Of a stretch of DNA of 64,000 nt, positions 46,443-55,801 are shown piece after piece. The stretch covers positions 76,110 to 140,109 of the forward strand of contig CAYVKP010000001.1 in the NCBI GenBank assembly GCA_964452165.1. The letters are read 5' to 3'. The notes under the pieces were generated by a model, which saw only the letters and a list, made by a program, of their open reading frames with translations, did not search any database and had not been told where the DNA came from. The position numbers and the translations under genes were made by a program. Source of the stretch: an uncultured Gammaproteobacteria bacterium (GTDB lineage Bacteria > Patescibacteriota > Microgenomatia > Levybacterales > GWA1-39-11). Every line of letters starts with the position of its first letter. Position 1 is the stretch's first letter.

Positions 46443-48127
46443 CTTGACAATCCTGGAATCTTAAGAATATCGACTCCAACTATCTCAAGTATAACAATCG
46501 AAAGAATTATAAACAACAATCCTACTATCGCCGCGGTTATTGTTTCCCTGGCTCCTGCAAGTTTTTCCTTATCTCCCCGAGATATCATAAGTAAGTAACC
46601 CGAGTAGATGATTATGATGATTGCTCCAAATCCTGCCAATGTTAGTATGAAGCCAAACATAGTTTCAATAAAACCCTTAAATGAACTGACATCAATGTTT
46701 CCTATAGCCGTATTTATTGATTTACAGTTAAGTGTCGAATTTTTGGTACGAATAGGATTACTTCCGTTTCCGCAAGGGAGTCCTACGGCCAGATCCTTCT
46801 TGTTAAGAGCTGCAAGCTCTTTCAGAAATGCCTTGTATTCTTCTCCTTGGGGATCCTTTCCGTCCTGAGGGTTTGTACAAGATCCCCCCGCTTTATTAGC
46901 AGGGCTTACGCCGCAAGTTATTTGATAGTATGTAAATCCGCCCTGACATGTATTAATAAAGGTATTATCGATGTCGTTTATTGTCCTAACGCCGAATTTT
47001 CCTACGTCTATAGCTTTTTGTATAGGGTAAATGATTGGCCTGAGCGCTTGTTTCGCAATATCAACTGCAAAATCTTTAGGGTGGGTGAAATCGTGTGCTA
47101 AGTCGCCAATCACACCAGTAACTTTTTTAACTACGTGCAGGGGATTTGGATCAAACCCAAGAAGTCCTCCTCCTCCGCCTCCACCACCACCCGTATCACC
47201 GCTTTTTAAGGCACCGCCCAGAGTATCGGGTTCATTTATCTGTTCTTTTATTAAAATCGTGTATACACCGGCGTCAGTAATTCCTCCAAAGGGTTGAGCT
47301 TGTCCAATGTCTATACACCCCTCACTGTCGTAGCCGCCTTCTCCTCCCTGAACCAGTACTTGATAATTATTCCTTTTTTCTCCTCCTCCTTTGGATCGGC
47401 CTGAAATAGTGACCTTGAAGGTGTTTATTGGAGCGACAAGGCTTTGATTTGGCTCAACGCTTACGGTGGGATAATATTTGGTCACATAGAATCCACCATT
47501 CTTAACAGGTTGGTATTTATCGCCTTGAGCGGCTTTTTTGACGACGCTGAAATTATACATTTGTCCACCCTGAAACCAATTCTCCTTATCTGGTCCACAT
47601 CCCTCGATCTTTAAATTATCTCCGTCTCCACAAACTCTGAAGCGTACATCTCCCTCTTCGTCTGCTTGACTCCCATCATCCGTTAATACGCTGTCGTCGG
47701 ATATCTTGCCCGTTCCAAAACAGTTATCGTCTCCCGTACAAATGAAATATTTTGTTCCCGGATTTAAATTGTGGAATGTAATATCTACGCAGGGTAGTGA
47801 TTCATCAATGCTCAAGAAGTTGGGGTTAGTTGTAAAGTCGCTATCGCCTTGGGTATCCTGTGCAAGTGCCAAGTCGGCCGACGTAAGAGGTATTCCATTT
47901 CCACAAGGGCTTGTTGGGGCCGCGGTTGGCGAGGGGGTAGTTTGGCCCGCGGGATTTTGTGCAGGTGTTTGGGGAGTGGTGTTTTGACCGGAGCCATTGG
48001 GTGACGTGGTTTGACCAAGGGGGTTGGGAGTAGTTTGAGCATAGCCGGTGCCTGAAAAAGAAGAGAAAAAGACAAAAAGAATTGAGGATACAAAAATGAA
48101 CTGTAGAATAACTCTCAAGATCTTCAC
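46439..48127 (-). CDS. large secreted protein with a C-terminal pilin domain (minor pilin/adhesin-like)
   Basis: Signal peptide, Cys-containing extracellular region, C-terminal SGYLLMISRGDKEKLAGARETITAAIVGL. Confidence 0.75.
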   Translation of the reverse strand: MKILRVILQFIFVSSILFVFFSSFSGTGYAQTTPNPLGQTTSPNGSGQNTTPQTPAQNPAGQTTPSPTAAPTSPCGNGIPLTSADLALAQDTQGDSDFTTNPNFLSIDESLPCVDITFHNLNPGTKYFICTGDDNCFGTGKISDDSVLTDDGSQADEEGDVRFRVCGDGDNLKIEGCGPDKENWFQGGQMYNFSVVKKAAQGDKYQPVKNGGFYVTKYYPTVSVEPNQSLVAPINTFKVTISGRSKGGGEKRNNYQVLVQGGEGGYDSEGCIDIGQAQPFGGITDAGVYTILIKEQINEPDTLGGALKSGDTGGGGGGGGGLLGFDPNPLHVVKKVTGVIGDLAHDFTHPKDFAVDIAKQALRPIIYPIQKAIDVGKFGVRTINDIDNTFINTCQGGFTYYQITCGVSPANKAGGSCTNPQDGKDPQGEEYKAFLKELAALNKKDLAVGLPCGNGSNPIRTKNSTLNCKSINTAIGNIDVSSFKGFIETMFGFILTLAGFGAIIIIIYSGYLLMISRGDKEKLAGARETITAAIVGLLFIILSIVILEIVGVDILKIPGLSR

Positions 48128-48168
48128 TTATTAATGATAGTCAGAAGTAAAGCACATTGTCAAACAAA

Positions 48169-49470
48169 TTATTTACTAAATTTATAGCCCCGGCCTTTTA
48201 CGGTTTGAATGAAACGGGGATTCTCAGGATCATCTTCGATTTTTCGACGCAGTCTATAAATTATTTGATCGAGTGCTTGGTCCGTGACTCCTTCCTGGGT
48301 TTGGTTATCCTTCCAGACCCCTGTGATTATCTCGTCTTTCTCGGAAATTTTGTCTGCGTTTGTCATAAGGAATTTTAACAGTCTAAACTCTGAGGGGGTA
48401 AGTTTCTCGGTTAAGTTTTCTTGTCCTTTCATGATCTCATTTTTCTCAGGATCATATTTTAATTCGCCAGCAACCTCTTTCGGTCGCTTGTTAACGAACG
48501 AAACAAATAAGGGAATCGTTATTTTCCCCCCGCTTGTCAGATTTAATTTCTCAAGATTTTCATTTTTCGTTTCGCTTCTTATGTCTTTTTGTTCTTCGGG
48601 AGTCAGGAAATTCCATATTTCAAAAAGAGCAGCCTTTACCTGAGTGTTAGAGATTAAAAATTCCTCTAAATCTTTAGATCTATCTTCTGCAAGAACCGCC
48701 TCGTAAGAAACTTTTGCAAGCTTTCCATGTCCACCCGTAAGTGTTTCAACCTCATTTCTCACTTTTTCAGAAGCTTTTTTACCGGTAATCTCCTCAAGGT
48801 GAGAAAATCTGAAGGTAAGGCCAACGGGGTCTTTAATAGGTAGAAAGATTGTGTTGCCCACAAGGAGTTCATAAAATTCAGAGTAGAGCGGGAGTTCAAG
48901 TGTGTCTTCAATTGGACGGCTTACTGCAAAAACAGCAAGGAAATTGTATTTAACCCGGTTTCTTAAAATTCTTAAGTTTAGGAAAAACTTAGAATCCACA
49001 TTCGGAATATAATCTTCGAATCGGTCGAAAAGAAAAACCAAAAAGTATCCCTTGTCTTTGACTAGAAAATCTACAGTCTTTTTAAGCGCCTGAAAGAGTA
49101 TCAGCTCATCTTGAAAATTTACAACTTCTGCCAGATACTCGTTGACCGTATTTTGTGCTTCAGTTAGTCTTCTCTCGCCTAGGGAATAGGAGACTGAGAT
49201 CAGGATGAACTTTACAATCTCAAACAAACTTCTGCCCCGGACTTCCGAGAAGTCCATATATATAAAGTGAAAGCTAGGCTCATCTGTACCCAGGTGAAGT
49301 TCTCGTACCTTCCTGTTATATGGTAGTAGACGCAAGGCGTTACTTTTTCCAACACCGGGGATTCCAACCACCTGGCAAGATGCGCCCGTGCGTAGAATTT
49401 TGATCATTTCTGATATTTCTGCTTCACGCGTGTTGGGTGGGTAGAGAGCCTCAAAATGGTTGGGTTCCAT
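48169..49470 (-). CDS. AAA-type ATPase fused to a C-terminal OmpR-type winged-helix domain
   Basis: GIPGVGKS, FLFDRFE; LTPSEFRLL...IYRLRRKIE...IQTVKGRGY. Confidence 0.85.
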   Translation of the reverse strand: MEPNHFEALYPPNTREAEISEMIKILRTGASCQVVGIPGVGKSNALRLLPYNRKVRELHLGTDEPSFHFIYMDFSEVRGRSLFEIVKFILISVSYSLGERRLTEAQNTVNEYLAEVVNFQDELILFQALKKTVDFLVKDKGYFLVFLFDRFEDYIPNVDSKFFLNLRILRNRVKYNFLAVFAVSRPIEDTLELPLYSEFYELLVGNTIFLPIKDPVGLTFRFSHLEEITGKKASEKVRNEVETLTGGHGKLAKVSYEAVLAEDRSKDLEEFLISNTQVKAALFEIWNFLTPEEQKDIRSETKNENLEKLNLTSGGKITIPLFVSFVNKRPKEVAGELKYDPEKNEIMKGQENLTEKLTPSEFRLLKFLMTNADKISEKDEIITGVWKDNQTQEGVTDQALDQIIYRLRRKIEDDPENPRFIQTVKGRGYKFSK

Positions 49471-49582
49471 AATATTTATTCTACTATTTTTACAGCCAAG
49501 GCGCCATTTATAGCTTTTTTGTTAGGTTGCTGGGAGGCAAATATCAAGTTCAAGGCAGCTTTAGGTTGTAAACTTGCCGCAT

Positions 49583-52500
49583 ATGAATGAGAATTTGACA
49601 CCTAACAAACCTGTAGCGTATCCTTTAAATAGGCCTATGGCTGAAAATACAGCAGATAATTTACCCGCAACTCCTCCTACAGAGGTGAAAGGTTCTGATG
49701 AGGAGCAAGTAGTCGTTGTTGAATCAAGGGATAATGTTCAAAACGGCAAGACTGAGGATAGGGGGACCAACGGATCCAAAAAGGACGAGGAAACACGTAC
49801 TCAAAGGGAGACACGACAAGGCAGAAACAAGCCTACTCCTAAAGAGGCTGAGGAAATCCTAGAAACCTATAAAAAGATCTACGAAAGAGAGTTCAAAAAG
49901 AAGTACGAAGACTTAGACATAGAAACAAGGGAGGCTATTGAAAAAAGGATCGAAGAAGGTAAGCCACCTAACCCTATGGGTGGAGCAAACGAACACGAAG
50001 ACCATGATGAAGAACACGAGGAGCATGGTGGCGGAGGAAATGGGCCTAGAAACACTTATGAAAGAGCCAGGGATATTATGCGGGAATCAAAATATGGCGC
50101 TCAATATACAGCCTTTGTTAATGCTCTTAGAAATGGTGATATGCGTTCTGCATCAAGTCTCCATGATGAAGCGGCGCACGAACTATCTACAGAGCTCACC
50201 GCTGTTGAAGAAAGAATAATAGATGCTCAGAATAATCCTGACCCGGCAGATATTGTGAAAAGAAACGACATAACTAACCTTTTAGGTGAAATGGCTGGAA
50301 TAAAAAGAGAAATTACACCTGCTCCCCCGGTCGATAAACTTCACATAAAGGCTGAAGAACTCATAAGCAAAAGAGAAAGAGGAGAAGAGTGGACCGCTCA
50401 TGACAGAGAAGAAGTTATAGAGTACATAGAAGAAATGAATCCGGCCGGGTATCAAGTAGACGAAGGCGATATTGATTTTATTGCAAGAGACGATGAGTTT
50501 TCTGAAAGATATCTTGACCTTCTCTTAAGTTTGCCTGAAAGCCAACCTAGATCTGGTTACCATTTGGGCTTTCACGAAGGAAATAATCTTGAAGCTTTCA
50601 TGCACAAAGTAAAAGAACACGATCCAAAACGCCTTCAAAGATATTCAGATGAGAGAGGAATGCGTCAGAACTTTCACGAGATGCGCCGTTACATGCTTGT
50701 TGGAAATATCCGTGACTTTTCAACTGTGGCAAGAGATATTCCCGATACTTATATACAAGCAGCAACAGATTATGTAGGTGTGAACTCTGTTCAAAGATTT
50801 TATGATACGGTTTTCAAAGAAGCCATGGCAAAAAAACAGACAATCTCGCCTCAAGACTTCAAGCATATAGAAGAAAGACTCGAAAAATTATTCCGAGATG
50901 CTAATGAGTCTGGGGTTTTTAATATTGAACAGAAGGGTGAGGATGGAAATCCTCTCAGAGATGAACATGGAAATATTGCCACCAGGGCACTTCGCGAATG
51001 GGAAATAAATAGAGCAATTAATGTGGGTAGAAACTTCAGCGCAATCAAGCTTAGACTTCCAGAGCTAATATCTGTAGGGGAAATTCCCAGCAACTTTGGA
51101 ACCCCATCGGTCCCTGAAACTTTTGTCTCATTTGACTATGAAAGTGCCGTAAGATTTCTTAATCCATTAAGGTTCTTGGGCTCAAAGTTTGGAATAGGAG
51201 CAGTCAGGGGAGGCCAGGAATATCTTAAAAAACTTTTCATAGAGATTGATGCACAAAAAAATAGCCAAGCTAAATTTACCAAGCTTTTTGGTATTGATCG
51301 CAAGAATTATGAGCGATCAGCCCCCTTTGGTAATACCAGCTTTGACTCGGGCTGGCGTATACCTCAGGCAAACCTTAACGTCTTTAAAATTATGGCAAGA
51401 GTAAGAGACGAGAAAATATATGACGAGGTTGACAATAAAGAAATGATACTTAAAGTTTATGATCCAACACAAGCCGAGCAGGAAGTTGAGGCAGGTTATT
51501 ATATAGATCATCAGACAAGATACATCAGAGAGCTTAGAAAAAGAGGACTTAAAGACCCACAAATAAGCGCACAGTATGATCACAATGCAGCCATAAAACA
51601 AGCCGTCGAGAAATTACCCTTTTATCGAGGATTTTTGGCTTCTTACGGTAATGTTCCTATTGAAGCAAAAGTAGAGGCATGGAAGAAAATTGCCGAAGAT
51701 ATGCCAAACCAAGTTATGATGATTTTAAAGGGTAATGCCAGCTTTGATGCTTTAAAAGCGTCTCAGGGAATGACTGAAGAAAAAATGGAAACCCTTCAAA
51801 GAAAGCTTGCGTTATATCAAGAGCTGAGACTGCAAGCCCAAATGAGAGAAACTAAGCTTCGTGATGATGGTAGTCCAATTGATCCCACAGCCGGTATAAC
51901 CGAAAAAGATCCTAATGACCCCGAGGGTCACAGAAGAATCATCAGAAACGTAACTCTCAATGAAATAATTACCAGCAATCCAATTCATGGGGACAACAGC
52001 TTGTCACCTGACGAATTAAGATTCATTGATGCGATGAAAACGTGGATGGGACACGATATGCAGGAGGGTGGCGGCACCGTCTACAAAAATCTTGCCGAGG
52101 TTAAGTGGCCAATAAACCCTATAAATGAAGACTTTGCATATGAAACCGCTGACTATACCAGAACTGGAGCTGAGGTATTCAGACGCCGAATTGGAGGAGA
52201 TGCAGTAGCGCTTTATCAAGCCGCTGAAGAGGTAATTCCTATCTTGCGAAATCCCAATATGGCGTTTGAGACTTACATTGAGCATATGCAAAAAGCAGCT
52301 GATGCAATAGATACTCCTCATGGATATGAGGCAGCGCAAAACATGCTTTTCACCTTCCACAAGACCAAGCTGGATTTTACAAGAAAAGACAAAATATGGG
52401 AAAGCTTACCCGGAATCGATGAAGCGGCATCATATTTTGGAGTACCGGTTTCTGAGGCTCAGAGATGGTTTGGAAAAAATGGGGCAGCCTATGATACCTT

Positions 52501-52714
52501 CCAGACACGTGCGTTAATAGAGCAGTTGGTAGGTGCAGGTCTTATAAGACGTCACAAGGAGATTGGCGAAGATAAGCCTCAAATTGACAAGTTAAGAAAA
52601 GCGTTAAGAGCCACACTCCCTGACATTTTAGTAAAGAGAATTCCAATAGGGGGCATATTTATTCTTTTGATAATTATCTCGGAGTTTACAAAGAGGGCGC
52701 TTAAAGAAAAATAA
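49583..52714 (+). CDS. very large hypothetical protein with a C-terminal hydrophobic segment
   Basis: ~1043-aa ORF; disordered acidic N-terminus; ends with GGIFILLIIISEFTK. Confidence 0.8.
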   Translation: MNENLTPNKPVAYPLNRPMAENTADNLPATPPTEVKGSDEEQVVVVESRDNVQNGKTEDRGTNGSKKDEETRTQRETRQGRNKPTPKEAEEILETYKKIYEREFKKKYEDLDIETREAIEKRIEEGKPPNPMGGANEHEDHDEEHEEHGGGGNGPRNTYERARDIMRESKYGAQYTAFVNALRNGDMRSASSLHDEAAHELSTELTAVEERIIDAQNNPDPADIVKRNDITNLLGEMAGIKREITPAPPVDKLHIKAEELISKRERGEEWTAHDREEVIEYIEEMNPAGYQVDEGDIDFIARDDEFSERYLDLLLSLPESQPRSGYHLGFHEGNNLEAFMHKVKEHDPKRLQRYSDERGMRQNFHEMRRYMLVGNIRDFSTVARDIPDTYIQAATDYVGVNSVQRFYDTVFKEAMAKKQTISPQDFKHIEERLEKLFRDANESGVFNIEQKGEDGNPLRDEHGNIATRALREWEINRAINVGRNFSAIKLRLPELISVGEIPSNFGTPSVPETFVSFDYESAVRFLNPLRFLGSKFGIGAVRGGQEYLKKLFIEIDAQKNSQAKFTKLFGIDRKNYERSAPFGNTSFDSGWRIPQANLNVFKIMARVRDEKIYDEVDNKEMILKVYDPTQAEQEVEAGYYIDHQTRYIRELRKRGLKDPQISAQYDHNAAIKQAVEKLPFYRGFLASYGNVPIEAKVEAWKKIAEDMPNQVMMILKGNASFDALKASQGMTEEKMETLQRKLALYQELRLQAQMRETKLRDDGSPIDPTAGITEKDPNDPEGHRRIIRNVTLNEIITSNPIHGDNSLSPDELRFIDAMKTWMGHDMQEGGGTVYKNLAEVKWPINPINEDFAYETADYTRTGAEVFRRRIGGDAVALYQAAEEVIPILRNPNMAFETYIEHMQKAADAIDTPHGYEAAQNMLFTFHKTKLDFTRKDKIWESLPGIDEAASYFGVPVSEAQRWFGKNGAAYDTFQTRALIEQLVGAGLIRRHKEIGEDKPQIDKLRKALRATLPDILVKRIPIGGIFILLIIISEFTKRALKEK

Positions 52715-54346
52715 TTATCCCCCAATTACTGAACGGAAGAGACCTCTCCATATTCCAATAGGTTGAGCATGACCACTTTTGTCGTATGTGTATCCAAGTC
52801 CGGCTGTGTAGCCTCTTCCGAATTGTCCAATAATCCCCGGACCTGCCGAAAGAGATCTACCGATACCCGATGAATACTTGAAGTCAGGAGACTTAAGAGC
52901 ATCTTTTACCATGACTGCTGCCTCAGGCGCCATTAATATTATTCCTAGGCCAATTATTGATCCAAAACGCGACGGATCAGTAAGATCTCCAACTAAAGGA
53001 GGGATAAATGGCGTTACTCCACCAGGAGTATGTCCGCTAAAGCCGTTAATAAAAGTTTGCCCTAGAAGAAATAAGGTTATTGTTGCGGGAAAGACAGCAA
53101 GATTTGAGAGCATTCCTCTGAAAAAAGCTCCGAGTCCGGATCTACCCGGAATAAGGCCGCTGGCGATATAAAAAGGGGAGAAAACTACGGTTACCAAGAC
53201 TGAGATGTAGCATTTAATTAGCTGGAACCATATTCGCAGAAGCGCTTGGAAGATAGCAATGATAATTACAATATATGCAATAAGACCGGCTATAAGACCG
53301 ATAAGTTTATTCCCGAGTATTGCTCCACCAACTCCACCAATTGCTCCTCCAATCAGGCTCGCTTTTGTAAAAAATGCGCCCACAAGAGGTAGCGGTATTC
53401 CTTTGCCTATCTGTTGGCCAATCAAACCACCAATAAGTGTACCTATTATTCCACCTAAGACCCTACCCAGTGTTCCATCAAATATAGATGCCGTAATTCC
53501 CGATATGTTTTTTGCGACTCCAAAAGCAATTCCGCTTACTCCCCCAATTCCTCCGGCAGCCCCAAAAGGATTGGTTGAAAGAGAGTTTGAAGGGTCAATT
53601 CCGGCTTGAGAAAAGAGTGACATTATAAGGTAGATTGAGACATACATCATGTCTATTAGAAATCCTGCAATTGCATACGAGAAAGTTACAAAAATAATAG
53701 CCATTATAATTTTTGGTATCTGATTTTGAAGTGTCATGACAGTTCTTGGATCAATTTTAATTCTGAACATTATTCCAAGTCCCACGATTACAAAAAGAAT
53801 TACAAAAAGAAGATATGTAACATTTCTAAAAACCTGCCAGAGCTTGAGAGTAGGCAGGAGAGAATTAAAACCTATGCTTCCCTCTCTTTGATTTTTTGCT
53901 TGTCCTGCCGCAGCCGGAGTATCTCCTGTGTTTTGTGCATACGTCCTTTTTGCTATGCCAAAATTTGATGCCACATCAGCAACATAATCGTGAGTCGATA
54001 TTGGAATGTAAAAAGTTTCAGCGATTAAATTACCTACAAGTCCTATTGCGCCCCCACCACCTTCAACAAAACCTATCTTTTTAGTTTTAGGGTCTATTCC
54101 AAGACATTTTCCGTCGGGATTTATGGGGTCAATGCCACTTAATTGGCAGGAAATTGCCGCTCCTACCTCTATAAAAACGCTTTGAGTATATGTATGAAAG
54201 TCCTGAGGAACGTTAGGATTTGTATTTAGATAATTTTGATTGGGCTGCGTTGGTGTTGTACTTTGAGCATATATTTTAGGAACGAACAGAAGTGCGAGCA
54301 AAAGAAAAAAGAGAATTGATAAAATCTTAAGCTTCATGGACAGCAC
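52715..54346 (-). CDS. VirB6/TrbL-like polytopic membrane protein
   Basis: WQVFRNVTY, IPKIIMAIIFVTFSYAIAGFLID, multiple Gly-rich TMs. Confidence 0.65.
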   Translation of the reverse strand: MLSMKLKILSILFFLLLALLFVPKIYAQSTTPTQPNQNYLNTNPNVPQDFHTYTQSVFIEVGAAISCQLSGIDPINPDGKCLGIDPKTKKIGFVEGGGGAIGLVGNLIAETFYIPISTHDYVADVASNFGIAKRTYAQNTGDTPAAAGQAKNQREGSIGFNSLLPTLKLWQVFRNVTYLLFVILFVIVGLGIMFRIKIDPRTVMTLQNQIPKIIMAIIFVTFSYAIAGFLIDMMYVSIYLIMSLFSQAGIDPSNSLSTNPFGAAGGIGGVSGIAFGVAKNISGITASIFDGTLGRVLGGIIGTLIGGLIGQQIGKGIPLPLVGAFFTKASLIGGAIGGVGGAILGNKLIGLIAGLIAYIVIIIAIFQALLRIWFQLIKCYISVLVTVVFSPFYIASGLIPGRSGLGAFFRGMLSNLAVFPATITLFLLGQTFINGFSGHTPGGVTPFIPPLVGDLTDPSRFGSIIGLGIILMAPEAAVMVKDALKSPDFKYSSGIGRSLSAGPGIIGQFGRGYTAGLGYTYDKSGHAQPIGIWRGLFRSVIGG

Positions 54347-54461
54347 TTTTCAGTATGAGAAAAAAAAGAAAAAAAGTCAATTATTTGGTTTTCTATATAT
54401 ATGTTATTTACGATTGGGGTTGACAATATAAAAGATTAAAGAGTATTATTATGCCAAAATC

Positions 54462-55022
54462 ATGATGAAGAAATTTTCAATTGTTTTCGCATTGCTCGTT
54501 GTTTTCTCCGTTTTATTGCCTAGGGTTATCTTTGCGGACGAAGCCAAAAATGATGAGGATTTGGTAGCAACAACTCCTGCAAAAATAGAATACAACCTTC
54601 CGTATCCCGGGATACTTCCCGACAACCCATTATATTTCTTAAAAACCGCGAGAGATAAGCTGGTTGCACTGTTAATAAGTGATCCTCTTAAAAAAGCGGA
54701 ATTTAATTTACTGACATCTGACAAGAGAGTAGCATCTGCTCAAGTTATGGCAGATCGCAGAAAATCTGAAATGGCTGTTTCAGTTTTTTCAAAAAGCAAT
54801 AATTATTTTGAAAGTGCAATTAGCAACATGGAACAAGCTAAAAAATCCGGAGAGAATGTTGATACAGTTTTACATACTATGCAAACTGCCGTTAAAAAGC
54901 ATTATGAGATCTTGGAGGGGGTAGAAAAGAAGGCGGATAAAAAGTTTTCTTCTCAGCTTCAGCAAGAAGAAGACAGGCTTAAAAAATTCGAAAATACTGT
55001 AACTAAGCTCGACCATAATTAA
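54462..55022 (+). CDS. DUF5667 domain protein
   Basis: YNLPYPGILPDNPLYFLK...SDKR. Confidence 0.85.
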   Translation: MMKKFSIVFALLVVFSVLLPRVIFADEAKNDEDLVATTPAKIEYNLPYPGILPDNPLYFLKTARDKLVALLISDPLKKAEFNLLTSDKRVASAQVMADRRKSEMAVSVFSKSNNYFESAISNMEQAKKSGENVDTVLHTMQTAVKKHYEILEGVEKKADKKFSSQLQQEEDRLKKFENTVTKLDHN

Positions 55023-55169
55023 GAGATAAACTGTCCACTTAGATCATTTTTTGTATACAGCTTTTGGCGAACCTTCTCTGCTATTTTTTCGAATACTTCT
55101 GTCCTGGTTTATAAAATAAATTCTGAAGCTAGAAAATGACCTGTTATATTTTGATATAAAAGTTGATAG

Positions 55170-55221
55170 TTGACCGACGCGATATAGTGCTTTACTATTA
55201 ATTTAACACTAGATATGGGGC
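55170..55221 (+). promoter_or_regulatory. nrdR-nrdJ promoter with tandem NrdR boxes
   Basis: TTGACC-17-TACTAT; boxes CGACGCGATATAGTGC (55175) and ACACTAGATATGGGGC (55206), 31 bp start-to-start. Confidence 0.7.
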
Positions 55222-55349
55222 GAAGCTTAAGCGAAAGCTGAAGGTTAACCCGCCCGCAAAAAGCGGGAATGAAGCAACTAACATATAGATGTTTCATTAT
55301 ATTTAGGGGTAATAGCACTTTTTAAATTTGTCCAAATTTTTTCTAAATT

Positions 55350-55799
55350 ATGCAATGCCCTTATTGTAAAAGTACTGATTCAGAAGTCGTCGAGACGAGA
55401 GTCTCCGAGGACGGAACAAATATAAGACGTCGAAGAAATTGCCTTTCTTGCGGAAAAAGATACACCACATACGAGCGGATAGAAAACGTTACATTAATAG
55501 TCCAAAAAAAAGACGGGAAACGCGAGCAATTTGACCGGGAGAAACTACGAGTTGGAATTGCAAGGGCTTGCGAAAAGACTACGGTATCAGCAGAAGATAT
55601 TAATAATATAGTAGATGAGATAGAACGGGAATTGATTGGCGGAGACTCAGTTGAAATAGAAGCAAAAAAAATTGGACAAATGGTAGCAGCCAAGCTTAAG
55701 AAAATCGACAAAATTGCATATATAAGATTTGCAAGCGTTTTTAAAAGATTTGTTGATGTTGAAGATTTTGAAAAAGAAGTAAAAAGATTATTAAAATAA
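55350..55799 (+). CDS. nrdR: transcriptional repressor NrdR
   Basis: MQCPYC, IRRRRNCLSC, ATP cone, AYIRFASV. Confidence 0.97.
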   Translation: MQCPYCKSTDSEVVETRVSEDGTNIRRRRNCLSCGKRYTTYERIENVTLIVQKKDGKREQFDREKLRVGIARACEKTTVSAEDINNIVDEIERELIGGDSVEIEAKKIGQMVAAKLKKIDKIAYIRFASVFKRFVDVEDFEKEVKRLLK

Positions 55800-55801
55800 A
55801 A

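Noticed and set aside
33099-54346. Conjugative ICE or prophage
   Set aside because: No relaxase, integrase, att sites or phage structural genes; it adjoins core dnaN and nrd genes.
55109-55318. 69-aa minus-strand ORF upstream of nrdR
   Set aside because: It overlaps the nrdR promoter, NrdR boxes and structured leader, and has no protein-like features.
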